The notes under the pieces: generated by a model
The model's database searches: none
The model's input: the letters and a program-made list of their open reading frames with translations, nothing else
What the model was told of the DNA's origin: nothing
NCBI GenBank assembly: GCA_963706575.1
Contig: CAVPNL010000015.1
Coordinates: 1-64,000 of the forward strand
Reading direction: 5' to 3'
DNA: 64,000 nucleotides
Source: an uncultured delta proteobacterium
GTDB lineage: Bacteria; Desulfobacterota; Desulfobacteria; Desulfobacterales; JAHEIW01
Shown: one piece after another, positions 28,916 to 38,742 of the stretch
How positions within the stretch are numbered: the first letter of the stretch is position 1
How the letters are laid out: the number at the start of each line of letters is the position of its first letter
Position numbers and translations under genes: made by a program

Positions 28916-30925
28916 ATGCAGACTTACGTGACGCTTAAATCCATTGTTATGGCGCTGGCGCTGATCGGCGCATTCGGCTATTTCTTTGTTCGTACCCGTC
29001 ACCTGTATCGCCTGATGCGATCGGTTGAGGGTCAGACGCAATTCAAGCTCGACCGCATCGGCGAGCGGGTTAAAATTCTCTTTACGGACGTGCTGGGTCA
29101 ATCCAACGTCAGGCGCAAACCACTGATCGGCACTGCGCACATGATGATATTTTTCGGTTTCCTGGCCATACAGCCGCATTCGCTGATGCTGATGATCCAG
29201 GGGGTCTTTCCCGCTTTTGAAGCGGGCCACGCATTCCCCGGAATTTACCGCGCCTATTTGTTTGTGGCCGATATTCTGGCCGTTTTGGTTCTGGTGGGGT
29301 TTGTCTACGCACTCTATCGGCGGGTGGTGGTCCGGCCCAGTTACCTGACCATGGGCACGGATGCGAACCTGATCATTTTGTTTACCTGCGTCATCGTTAT
29401 CACCTTTCATTTGATTAATGCCTTTCTGACGCTTTTGCCCGCAGCCGACGGGTCTTTATTCACATATGCCGGCGCGTTTCCGATTTCTGAGAGCGTGGTC
29501 ACGCTGTTTAACCTCAGCGCCCTATCACCGGCGGGAATTCGAACCGGTTATGAAATCAGTTATTGGATCCACATCGCCACGATTCTCGGTTTTCTCATCT
29601 ATATCCCCGGCTCCAAACATCTGCATTTGCTGGCGGCCATACCCAATGTCTTTCTAAAACGGCTAGACCGGCCCAAAGCCATTGTCAAAACAGATATCGA
29701 GAATGAGGAGGCGGAAACTTTCGGTCTGGGGAAGGTGAGCGAACTGAACTGGAAAAATGTCCTCAATCTTTACGCCTGCACCGAGTGCGGGCGTTGCGAA
29801 GAGCAATGCCCGGCCAGCTGCACCGACAAACCGCTTTCGCCCAAAAAGGTGGTCCATGATTTTAAAGTCGATCTGTTGGCGCAGGCAGAGGCCATCATGG
29901 CCCAAAACTTTGACACGGTTGAGCCGATTGTGCGAGAAGGGGCACCCGTTACCGGAGATGTCATCTGGTCCTGCACCACCTGCCGTGCCTGTGAAGATAT
30001 CTGTCCGGTAAACATCGAACAGCTGGATTTTATCATTGAAACCCGCAAGCATCGCGTACTGATGGAGGCCGATTTCCCGCCGGAAATGCAGGAAGCCTTT
30101 ACCAATCTTGAAAATCAATTCAACCCGTGGGGCTTCAGCAGTGACAGCCGGGCCGACTGGTGCAAAGGCATGGACGTACCGCTGATGGCAGACAACCCGG
30201 ATGCCGAACTGCTCTATTTTGTCGGCTGTTCCGGGTCCTTCGACGACCGCGGCAAAAAAATCGCCCAGGCCATGGCCCGGGTGCTGCAGAAGGCGGATGT
30301 CAATTTTGCCATTCTGGGCCCGGAGGAAGTCTGCAACGGGGACGTGGCCCGCCGGGCCGGCAATGAATATATCGCTCAGATGCTGATGATGCAAAATGTC
30401 GAAGTGCTTGATCAGTACAAACCCCAAAAAATCCTTACCGGCTGTCCCCACTGTTACAACATTATTAAAAACGAATACCCCCAGTTCGGCGCCAGCTACC
30501 CGGTTGTGCACCATACCGAATTGCTACTGGAGTTGTTCCAGCAGGGCCGTTTAAAGGCCGCCAAGGGTCATCCGACACAGCTGAGCTATCACGACTCGTG
30601 TTATCTGGGGCGCTGGAATGGCATTTATCAGGCCCCTCGGGAGTTACTGGCTTCGATAAACGGCGGTGCAAAACCAATTGAAATGCCCCGTTCCGAATCC
30701 AAAGGATTCTGCTGCGGGGCCGGTGGCGCCAGAATGTTTATGGAGGAAAACATCGGCAAACGCATCAACGAAGAGCGTGCCGAAGAAATAATTGCCACCG
30801 GAGCGAAAACCGTGGCCGTGGCGTGTCCGTTTTGCACAACCATGCTCAGAGATGGTATCTTGGAAAAAGAATCCGATGTGCAGGTTAAGGACATCGTCGA
30901 AATCATTGATGAAACCATTTCTTAA
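28916..30925 (+). CDS. Membrane Fe-S oxidoreductase, FadF / ETF:menaquinone oxidoreductase (EMO)-type (HdrD-like CCG domains)
   Basis: N-terminal TM helices with conserved His, CTECGRCEEQCP and CTTCRACEDICP ferredoxin motifs, CPHC, YHDSCYLGR, CCGAGG, ACPFC; follows etfBA. Confidence 0.88.
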   Translation: MQTYVTLKSIVMALALIGAFGYFFVRTRHLYRLMRSVEGQTQFKLDRIGERVKILFTDVLGQSNVRRKPLIGTAHMMIFFGFLAIQPHSLMLMIQGVFPAFEAGHAFPGIYRAYLFVADILAVLVLVGFVYALYRRVVVRPSYLTMGTDANLIILFTCVIVITFHLINAFLTLLPAADGSLFTYAGAFPISESVVTLFNLSALSPAGIRTGYEISYWIHIATILGFLIYIPGSKHLHLLAAIPNVFLKRLDRPKAIVKTDIENEEAETFGLGKVSELNWKNVLNLYACTECGRCEEQCPASCTDKPLSPKKVVHDFKVDLLAQAEAIMAQNFDTVEPIVREGAPVTGDVIWSCTTCRACEDICPVNIEQLDFIIETRKHRVLMEADFPPEMQEAFTNLENQFNPWGFSSDSRADWCKGMDVPLMADNPDAELLYFVGCSGSFDDRGKKIAQAMARVLQKADVNFAILGPEEVCNGDVARRAGNEYIAQMLMMQNVEVLDQYKPQKILTGCPHCYNIIKNEYPQFGASYPVVHHTELLLELFQQGRLKAAKGHPTQLSYHDSCYLGRWNGIYQAPRELLASINGGAKPIEMPRSESKGFCCGAGGARMFMEENIGKRINEERAEEIIATGAKTVAVACPFCTTMLRDGILEKESDVQVKDIVEIIDETIS

Positions 30926-31036
30926 ATAAGAAAAGAATTGGCGTTGTGAATCGTTTAAAAGTTTTGTATAAGCATTTAGCTAAATTTTGCACGAGTCGGA
31001 AGCTAAAACGCATTCGCCAGCTACAAAGGAGGGCAA

Positions 31037-31834
31037 ATGATTATCGTAGGGGAGTTAATTAACGCCAGCCGCAAAAAAATTGCGGCGGCAATCGAGAGCC
31101 AGGATACGGAAGCCATTCAAACCATCGCCAAAGATCAGCACGAAAATGGCGCCAATTACATAGACGTCAATGCAGGTGTCTTTGTTGGCAAAGAACCTGA
31201 ATACCTGCAATGGCTCACCTCAACCGTACAAGCGGCCTTAGACACTCAGTGCTGCATCGACAGTCCGGACCCCAAGGCAATTGAAGCCGCACTTGCCGTT
31301 CACAAAGGCACACCCATGATCAATTCCATATCACTGGAAAAGGACCGCTATGAAGCGCTGCTGCCGATTGTCGCCGGTACGGACTTCAAAGTCGTCGCGC
31401 TTTGTATGAGTGATAAAGGCATGCCGCAAACGACGGATGAGCGCATGGAGATTGCAGACGAACTGGTCAACAACCTGGTCAAAAACAACGTCCCGGTGGA
31501 AAATATCTATGTCGATCCGCTGGTCCAACCGATTTCCACGAATATTTCCTTTGGCGTTGAATTTTTAAATTCGGTTGAACGGATTATGGAAACATTCCCC
31601 GGGATTCACACGGTTTGCGGACTTTCCAACATCTCCTTTGGCCTGCCCGAACGTAAGTTTTTAAACCAGACGTTTATGGTGATGGCCATTGCCAGGGGGT
31701 TGGACGGGGCCATCGTCGATCCACTGGACAAGAAAATGATGGCGAATATCATTGCCGCTGAAGCGCTGGCCGGCAACGACGAATGGTGTTCCGCATATTT
31801 GGAAGCATATCGCCAAAAGAAGTTTGAATTCTAA
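31037..31834 (+). CDS. Methylcorrinoid:tetrahydrofolate methyltransferase (AcsE/MtgA-role, pterin-binding barrel)
   Basis: IIVGELINASRK, YIDVNAG, IDSPDP, MINSIS, YVDPLV, GLSNISFGLP. Confidence 0.88.
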   Translation: MIIVGELINASRKKIAAAIESQDTEAIQTIAKDQHENGANYIDVNAGVFVGKEPEYLQWLTSTVQAALDTQCCIDSPDPKAIEAALAVHKGTPMINSISLEKDRYEALLPIVAGTDFKVVALCMSDKGMPQTTDERMEIADELVNNLVKNNVPVENIYVDPLVQPISTNISFGVEFLNSVERIMETFPGIHTVCGLSNISFGLPERKFLNQTFMVMAIARGLDGAIVDPLDKKMMANIIAAEALAGNDEWCSAYLEAYRQKKFEF

Positions 31835-31891
31835 AATCTAGTTTTTTTATTGCAGTTAATAACTGGTGCGAAATCAAAGGAGGCATAAACT

Positions 31892-32530
31892 ATGAGTGAA
31901 CTGCTTGGAAAAATGGCTGAGTCTTTGATTGCCGGCAAAATTGATGAGGTGGTGAACCTGACCAGGGAAGCGTTGGATGGGGGAGCGGCACCGGCAGATA
32001 TATTGGATCAGGGGCTATTAGCGGGCATGGATGTTGTCGGAAAGCGCTTTAAGGCCGAAGAAATGTTTATTCCCGAGGTATTGCGGTGTGCCAAGTGCAT
32101 GCATGGTGCCATGGATATCTTGCGGCCGTTGCTGGCAGAGACCGGCGCGGAACCCATTGGCACGCTGATCATCGGCACGGTCAAGGGCGATCTGCATGAC
32201 ATCGGCAAGAATCTGGTGGGCATGATGTTCGAAGGTGCCGGATTTGAAGTCGTGGACATCGGTATTGATAAAGAACCCCAGGTTTTCGTGGATGCAATCA
32301 AAGAACACAACGCCAAGCTTATCGGGATGTCAGCCCTGTTAACCACCACCATGCCCAAGATGGGCGAAACCATCAATGCCATCAAAGAAGCAGGAATCCG
32401 GGATCAGGTCAAAATATTGGTTGGCGGTGCTCCCATAACAGCGGCATTTGCCGAAGAAATTGGTGCAGATGGCTATGCTTCAAATGCAGCCAGCGCTGTT
32501 GATAAGGGCAAAGAGTTAATGGGTCGCTAG
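31892..32530 (+). CDS. Corrinoid (B12-binding) protein, MttC/MtgC-like
   Basis: GMDVVG..F...EMFIPEV cap, GTVKGDLHDIGKNLV (DxHxxG), SALLTTT, GGAP, GADGY. Confidence 0.93.
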   Translation: MSELLGKMAESLIAGKIDEVVNLTREALDGGAAPADILDQGLLAGMDVVGKRFKAEEMFIPEVLRCAKCMHGAMDILRPLLAETGAEPIGTLIIGTVKGDLHDIGKNLVGMMFEGAGFEVVDIGIDKEPQVFVDAIKEHNAKLIGMSALLTTTMPKMGETINAIKEAGIRDQVKILVGGAPITAAFAEEIGADGYASNAASAVDKGKELMGR

Positions 32531-32826
32531 TTGGGTGCCGGTGATCGAGTCGCCTTAAGAGAAGTTCTGGTCGAAATTCTACCGGGAATAAGATGCCTGA
32601 TGCAACGACGGCCAAGACAAAACAGATCACATGTATTATTAGACCCATGGTTTTCAGAAAGCCGAAGTTGACGAGCCGGCCGGATCAAATCACTGAACCG
32701 GTCGGCTTTTATTTTAGGTTGGTCCGCCGCAGGCGGATTGAGCCGGTCAGGCCCGTTAACAAGGGATACATGTCTTATTTTATTTGCCGGCAAACAGGAC
32801 AAGGCGCTAACGGGTAGCGAGACAAG

Positions 32827-34095
32827 GTGCTCAACCGATGGAGGAGGGAGTCTGGCTTGAAAAAAAATGGCTGGTGGTCACCGGCCGGTTTGGTACTTTT
32901 CCTGACGTGGCTTTTTTTCGGAATGTACTATATGAACCGGTTCAATTTTTCCCCCATGATTCCCCTTCTGAAAGCGGATCTAAACATTTCAAATGCCCAG
33001 GCCGGCTGGTTGATGGCGCTTTTTTTTATCACCTATACCATCTTTCAGCTGCCTTCAGGCTATTTAGCCGATCGTTTCGGCCCGCGAAAGATTATAACGA
33101 TCGGTGCGCTGATCTCAATCCTCGGCAATCTGATTTTCAGTCAGGGGTCGACCTTTTTGATGCTTTCCGTGGGGCAATGTATCAACGGTTTTGGTCAGGC
33201 CATGGGCTGGACGTCGGCCCTCAAACTGATTGTCAGCTGGTTTCCAAGATCGAGGCGCGCAACGGCGATCGGGTTATTCGCAACCTGTGTCACCGGCGGC
33301 AGCAGTGTCGGCATCCGGCTTTCCGGATATCTCGGTGATCATTTCGGATGGCAGAGCGCATTTATGGTTCCGCCGGCGATGATGGCGGCGGTACTGCTAT
33401 TTTTTTGGATATTCGTAACAGACCATCCCGGGGAAAAAGGGTTAGCCGCGTTTGAAGATGAGGCAGAACTTGAGAAAATGATCGATAATGACCCCAGGTC
33501 CCGGCTGATGGTGGTGTTAAGCAATCGCAAGCTCTGGACCATCGCAGTGGTCTATTTCTGTTTTGTCTATGTGCAGTTCGGCTGCCTGGTCTGGATTCCG
33601 GCCTTTTTACAGGAAAGCTACGCAATGACGGTCGACAGGGCCAGCACCATTGCCGCTCTGGTTTTGCTCCCGGGAGTCTTTGCTTCGCCCATCGCCGGCT
33701 TTTTATCAGACCATTATTTTGGGGGCCGGCGTAAACCGCTGCTTCTTTTGGGCATGGCGATTCTGGCAGCCTCGACATTTTTGCTGTCTTTCAGGGTCAA
33801 TATCATTCTGGCGGCAAGCTTGCTTGCTGTGGTCGGATTGATGATCATCATGCCCGACATCCTTCTGGCAGCCTTTCCTTCGGATATCCTTTCCCGCAAA
33901 TTGGCGGCCACGGGTATGGGCTTTTTGACAACATTCACGAGCACCGCCGGGATTATTACCACGCCGCTTTCCGGTAAGATCGTGGATGTGTTTCAATCTT
34001 ACGGGGCGGTTTTTCTCTCGTTTGCCATCGCCGCTCTGGCAGGAACAATTTTTACTTTATTTATTCGTGAAAAAAGAATTCACCCCAACACATAA
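32827..34095 (+). CDS. MFS transporter (start may be TTG at 32857)
   Basis: About 12 hydrophobic segments, GYLADRFGPRK motif A, WFPRSRRATA. Confidence 0.9.
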   Translation: MLNRWRRESGLKKNGWWSPAGLVLFLTWLFFGMYYMNRFNFSPMIPLLKADLNISNAQAGWLMALFFITYTIFQLPSGYLADRFGPRKIITIGALISILGNLIFSQGSTFLMLSVGQCINGFGQAMGWTSALKLIVSWFPRSRRATAIGLFATCVTGGSSVGIRLSGYLGDHFGWQSAFMVPPAMMAAVLLFFWIFVTDHPGEKGLAAFEDEAELEKMIDNDPRSRLMVVLSNRKLWTIAVVYFCFVYVQFGCLVWIPAFLQESYAMTVDRASTIAALVLLPGVFASPIAGFLSDHYFGGRRKPLLLLGMAILAASTFLLSFRVNIILAASLLAVVGLMIIMPDILLAAFPSDILSRKLAATGMGFLTTFTSTAGIITTPLSGKIVDVFQSYGAVFLSFAIAALAGTIFTLFIREKRIHPNT

Positions 34096-34109
34096 AAGGA
34101 GGCACGGAT

Positions 34110-35546
34110 ATGCATCTCCAGCAACCTGAGTTATACTTTAAACCCAAACTGCAGGTGATCAATGATGATCAAATCAAACAAATTCACATGGCCACCCTGG
34201 AGGTCCTGGAGCGGACCGGTATCAAAATGACCCATCCGCGCGGGTTGGAACTGCTGGACGGCGCCGGGGCAAAGGTGGATGGCGACCGGGTGCGGATTCC
34301 CGCCTGGCTGGTTGAAGACGCCATCCGCAAGGCGCCCTCCCGCGTTGTGCTCGGCAAGCGCGACGGCGAACGCTCCGTCGTTCTGGAAGGCGATAAATCC
34401 TGGTTCGGTCCCAGCCTGGATTGCCTGGACTATCTGGACCCGCTGACCGATGAGCGCATGCGATTTACCAGCGAGCATTGCCGCATCACCGCCTCCCTGG
34501 CCGACGCCCTGCCGAATTTTCACTGGTCCATGACCATCGGCATGGCCGCCGACAAGCCCGCCGAAATCGCCGACAAGGTCATTGCCCGCCAGGCGCTGAC
34601 CTATTGTGAAAAACCGTTGGTGTTCTGCTGCAATGACGCCGAAAGCGAGCGCGCCATTTATGAAATGGCCCTGCTGATTTGCGGGGGTAAAGAAAATTTC
34701 GCCAAAGCGCCAACCATCGTGCAATACTCCGAGCCCATTTCACCCCTGGAATATTATGACCCTGCGGTTGAAAAGATGCTTTTCACCGTAGAGCATGGCA
34801 TCCCGCTGATCAATTTCCCGGCGCCCCAGGCCTGCGGTTCCGCCCCGGCCACTTTTGCCGGAACGGTGGTTCAGGGCGGCGCCGAATCCCTGAGCGGGCT
34901 CGTCCTGGCGCAAACCGCCCGGCCCGGTGCCCCCTTTATTTACGGCGCCTTTGCAACCATCATGGATATGCAAACGACGATTTTTTCCTACGGCGCCCCG
35001 GAATTGAGCCTGATGGTCGGCGCGCTGGCACAAATGGCCCAGTATTATGAGCTGCCCTTCTTTGGCACCGCCGGCTGCTCGGATGCCAAGTTCTGTGATG
35101 CCCAGGCAGCCACCGAAGCCGCATTGCAGATATTCAGCTCCGCGGCCATCGGGTCCAGTCTGGTACATGACTGCAGCAGCTGGTTGGACCATGGCTCATT
35201 GGTATCTCCGGCCTTTATGGTGCTGGTCAACGAAATATTGCACAATGTCAATCAGTTCATGAAAGGCCTGCCGGTTACCGAGGAAACCCTCGCCCTTGAT
35301 GTGATTGATCGGGTGGGCCCGGGTGGCCACTATCTGCAGGACGACCATACCTTAAACCATTTCAAAGACGTGCGGTACTCGAAGCTATTTGAGCGCATGG
35401 TATATGATCAATGGAAAGAGGCGGGCGCGAAACGCTTTGAGGATCGGCTGCGCGAATTGACCCGCGAAGCCATGGAACACCAGCCGGCACCGTTGGCGCC
35501 GGAAGTGATCAAAGAGCTGGATCAGATGCAGAAAAGCTGGAAGTAA
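34110..35546 (+). CDS. Non-pyrrolysine MttB-superfamily methyltransferase (second clade)
   Basis: IHMATLEVLERTG, EPISPL, PATFAGT, MDMQT..FSYGAPE, LPFFGTAGCSDAK..DAQA; Cys at the Pyl-equivalent site. Confidence 0.9.
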   Translation: MHLQQPELYFKPKLQVINDDQIKQIHMATLEVLERTGIKMTHPRGLELLDGAGAKVDGDRVRIPAWLVEDAIRKAPSRVVLGKRDGERSVVLEGDKSWFGPSLDCLDYLDPLTDERMRFTSEHCRITASLADALPNFHWSMTIGMAADKPAEIADKVIARQALTYCEKPLVFCCNDAESERAIYEMALLICGGKENFAKAPTIVQYSEPISPLEYYDPAVEKMLFTVEHGIPLINFPAPQACGSAPATFAGTVVQGGAESLSGLVLAQTARPGAPFIYGAFATIMDMQTTIFSYGAPELSLMVGALAQMAQYYELPFFGTAGCSDAKFCDAQAATEAALQIFSSAAIGSSLVHDCSSWLDHGSLVSPAFMVLVNEILHNVNQFMKGLPVTEETLALDVIDRVGPGGHYLQDDHTLNHFKDVRYSKLFERMVYDQWKEAGAKRFEDRLRELTREAMEHQPAPLAPEVIKELDQMQKSWK

Positions 35547-35583
35547 ATACCTCAGAGATTGGGGAGTTTTTGTATTTCTGAAC

Positions 35584-35790
35584 TGTCATTCCCGCGAATG
35601 CGGATGTGTCGTAATTTAAAAAAGCGTATAATTTGTACCTGTCATGCCGGACTTGATCCGGCATCCAGTAATGTAGTATTTTGGAAAAGCAATGGATTCC
35701 GGGTCAAGCCCGGAATGACAAAACACCAATATACGTGGTTTTCCTAATTGCGACACCACCTTGATGTTTGTCCCTGCGAAGGCAGGGGCA
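35584..35790. repeat. Cluster of REP-like hairpins between convergent genes
   Basis: GTCATTCCCGCGAATGCGG; GTCATGCCGGACTTGATCCGGCATCCAG...TGGATTCCGGGTCAAGCCCGGAATGAC; CCCTGCGAAGGCAGGG. Confidence 0.7.
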
Positions 35791-35846
35791 TGCATCAAGG
35801 TAAAACTCCCCTCCCCCTCAGTTAAATCTAATCTATCATCGATAAG

Positions 35847-38291
35847 CTACATCCGCACGCGTTCGCTTTTGGGATCATAGGGCGGTTCCAGATGAATTTT
35901 AATGGGAAACAGTTTGCCTTCAATATTGATTTCATACTTGCCGGACGTTATCCATTCATCCGTTATTCCCGCGGGATTCTTTAGGTAACACATTCCAATC
36001 GCAGCGTTAAGCACGTGCGAATAAGAACCATGGGTATTTTCACTGGCCAGCTCCCCGTCGCGGTAAATCGGCTCATCATGGTAAATCAGCGGTTCAGCAT
36101 CTTCCAGGGTAAATATGACCAACTTGCGTTCCGGTTGAGTTTTCAGTTTCGCTGCCAGGGCTTCACGGCCAATAAAATCTTCCTTATCCATTTTTACGCA
36201 AAATCCCAGACCGGCCTCAAACGGGGTGTCGTCCGGCGTAATATCAGCGCCCCAATGCTTATACCCCTTCTCCAGGCGCAGCGAGTCGAGCGCATGCAAT
36301 CCAACCAGTTTTAGGTTAAATTCCTCACCGGCTTCCACCAGGGCATCAAATACATTCAACGAAAACTCCGTCGGAATGTAAAGCTCCCATCCCAGCTCAC
36401 CGACAAATGACATTCTAACCGCCAGCGGTCGGGCGTCGGCCACATCGATTTCCTGGGCGCTGGCAAAAGGAAAGGCCTCATTTGAAAGATCCGCATCCGT
36501 CAGGTTCGCAAGAAGGTCTCTGGATCGCGGGCCCATGACCGCCAGCATGGTGTAGGCTGAGGTCACATCGGTTAAAATCGCATGGGCATCATCCTTGAGG
36601 TGACGTTGAATCCAGTCGAAATCCCGCGGTCCGGTAGCCCCCGGGGTGACAATAAAGTATTTGTCCTGAGCCAGGCGGGTTACCGTAAGGTCGGATTCGA
36701 TACCGCCCCTTTCATTTAACATCTGGGTATAAACGACTTTACCGACCGGCACATCCACATCATTGGCACACAGGGCCTGCAGCACCTGCATGGCATCGCG
36801 GCCCTGAAGCAGAAAATTGGCCATGGAAGACAGATCGTAAACCCCGACATTTTCGCGGATTGCCATGTGCTCTGCGGCCGAATATTCAAACCAATTCTGT
36901 CGTCCCCAGGCGTATTCATATTCGGCTTTCACGCCCTCGGGTGCAAACCAGTTGGCGCGCTCCCAGCCGGCCACAACCCCGAAACAAGCGCCGCGCGCTG
37001 CCAGGCGGTCATGAAAAGGCGTACAGCGAACGTTGCGGGAGGTTTTGGGCTGTTTGAAAGGCCAATGGTCGGCATATAGATTGCCAACCGCCTCGGTGGT
37101 GCGATTATACAGATAACGGTGATTGGCCTGCCAGGGATAAAACCGCCGAATATCAACCGACGACAAATCCTCCTCCGGATACCCCTGAACGATCCACTGC
37201 GCCAGGGCGCGTCCGGCGCCACCGGCGCTGGTGATTCCCACCGAATTCATTCCAGCGGCAACGAAAAAGTTCTTCACCCCGGGGGCCTCCCCGAGCATGT
37301 AAGCGGTATCCGGCGTAAAGCTTTCAGGTACGGTCGTTAAGCTGTTGATTTCGGCATCCTCAAAAGCGGGCACGCGCTTGATGGCGTTGTTCATGAAAAT
37401 CTCGCATTGATCCCAGTCCTCCTGCAGCTGGGTGTATGCAAATTCCTCCGGAATCCCCTCCATACCCCAGGGTTTTGCCACGGGTTCGAATCCGCCCATG
37501 AGCAAACCGCCCATCTCTTCCTTGATATAGATATAACCGTCCATATCCCGCAAATAGGGCATGCCTTTATAGGTTCCCTCGATCGGATTGGTGGCTAGGT
37601 GCATGTGCTCGGCTGCATGCAGTGGAATACTGACATCGACCATTTTCCCGACTTCCCGGGCCCACATGCCGGCGCAATTTACCAGATATTCACAGGTAAT
37701 TTCGCCCTGATCGGTGCTGACGCCGGCAATGGCACCTTTTTTAAGTTGGATATCGGTAACCTTGACCCCTTCAATCAGGCTGGCCCCTCCCGTGCGGGCG
37801 CCTTTGGCCAAAGCCTGGGTGGTATCCTCCGGGTTCGTGAAACCGTCATTTGGTTGATACCAGGCCGCCACAAGATCGTCGGTGTGCAGGAGCGGAAACA
37901 GCTTCTTGGCATCGTCAAGGCTGATTTCTTCCATCTCAATTCCGAATGCGTGTGCCATGGCCATCGAGCGACTGAATTCACTCTTGCGCGCTTTTGTCTG
38001 CGCGACGCGGATTGATCCGGGGCGCTGGTAGCCGGTGGGCTGCCCCGTTTCTTCTTCCAGGCGTGAATACAGATCCGCGCCGTAAACGGCCAGTTTGGTC
38101 AGGGCGCTGGTCGACCACAGTTGCCCCAACAGACCGGCAGCCGCCCAGGAAGTTCCGGATGCGATCGTTTTGCGCTCGAGCAGCGCCACATCTTTCCAGC
38201 CAAGTTTACAGAGATGGTAGGCAACACTGCAGCCGACAATTCCGCCGCCGATGATAACGACCTGGGCCTGGGTGGGTATTTTTCCGGGCAT
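35847..38291 (-). CDS. Second dimethylglycine/sarcosine dehydrogenase-like flavoprotein (DAO plus GcvT)
   Basis: VIIGGGIVG, SGTSWAAAG, VNCAGMWA, PESFTPD, GMNSVGI, GWERANWF, SFVGELGWEL, SLRLEKGY, PPYDP. Confidence 0.88.
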   Translation of the reverse strand: MPGKIPTQAQVVIIGGGIVGCSVAYHLCKLGWKDVALLERKTIASGTSWAAAGLLGQLWSTSALTKLAVYGADLYSRLEEETGQPTGYQRPGSIRVAQTKARKSEFSRSMAMAHAFGIEMEEISLDDAKKLFPLLHTDDLVAAWYQPNDGFTNPEDTTQALAKGARTGGASLIEGVKVTDIQLKKGAIAGVSTDQGEITCEYLVNCAGMWAREVGKMVDVSIPLHAAEHMHLATNPIEGTYKGMPYLRDMDGYIYIKEEMGGLLMGGFEPVAKPWGMEGIPEEFAYTQLQEDWDQCEIFMNNAIKRVPAFEDAEINSLTTVPESFTPDTAYMLGEAPGVKNFFVAAGMNSVGITSAGGAGRALAQWIVQGYPEEDLSSVDIRRFYPWQANHRYLYNRTTEAVGNLYADHWPFKQPKTSRNVRCTPFHDRLAARGACFGVVAGWERANWFAPEGVKAEYEYAWGRQNWFEYSAAEHMAIRENVGVYDLSSMANFLLQGRDAMQVLQALCANDVDVPVGKVVYTQMLNERGGIESDLTVTRLAQDKYFIVTPGATGPRDFDWIQRHLKDDAHAILTDVTSAYTMLAVMGPRSRDLLANLTDADLSNEAFPFASAQEIDVADARPLAVRMSFVGELGWELYIPTEFSLNVFDALVEAGEEFNLKLVGLHALDSLRLEKGYKHWGADITPDDTPFEAGLGFCVKMDKEDFIGREALAAKLKTQPERKLVIFTLEDAEPLIYHDEPIYRDGELASENTHGSYSHVLNAAIGMCYLKNPAGITDEWITSGKYEINIEGKLFPIKIHLEPPYDPKSERVRM

Positions 38292-38324
38292 TACAACCTC
38301 CTTTTTGTTCTTTTATCTTGTATG

Positions 38325-38475
38325 GTGTCCCACAAGAAATTTACAAATACGGTTTTAGGTGTCAGCAAGTAGGGCGGGCCTCTGCGCCCGCCGGTCAGAG
38401 GTCGGCACAGAGGCCGACCCTACTTTCATTTTTACCATCTGTCTTCTGAAACCTGAACACTGACACCTGAAACCA
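38325..38475. repeat. ~150-bp composite element (REPIN core plus 7-mer arrays), copy A
   Basis: Reverse complement of 48458-48609 with only about five differences. Confidence 0.85.
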
Positions 38476-38533
38476 TAGACGGGGTTATGCATAGCATCCC
38501 ATCTTCATCTTGCCAATATCTAATAGTGTTTCG

Positions 38534-38641
38534 TCAGGTTTTCCCTTTCGGAAGGTCTTTCTGCATATGCATTTCGCGCAACTCCTGTTTGAGGATCTTG
38601 CCGGTTTTGGTCATGGGCATCTGCCCGATGAATTCAACCTC
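38534..38641 (-). pseudogene. C-terminal remnant of an AMP-dependent acyl-CoA synthetase
   Basis: Manual translation EVEFIGQMPMTKTGKILKQELREM...KT* contains the A10 motif PxTxxGKIxK; the sequence immediately upstream is a hairpin repeat with an in-frame TGA. Confidence 0.75.
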
Positions 38642-38722
38642 TCACGCAGAGCCTGCCCCCGTGTAGATGGGGGCGGGAGTCCAGTTCAAGGACGCCTGGA
38701 TTCCCGCCTGCGCGGGAATGAC
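38642..38722. repeat. Truncated double-hairpin element
   Basis: CAGAGCCTGCCCCCGTGTAGATGGGGGCGGGAGTCCAGTTCAAGGACGCCTGGATTCCCGCCTGCGCGGGAATGAC, near-identical to 24170-24245. Confidence 0.8.
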
Positions 38723-38742
38723 AGATCGGCAGTTGTTCGATT

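Noticed and set aside
32540..32820. Small ORFs or an sRNA between the corrinoid gene and the MFS gene
   Set aside because: The ORFs lack an RBS or motifs, and only short generic hairpins (TCCGCCGCAGGCGGA) are visible; not enough support.
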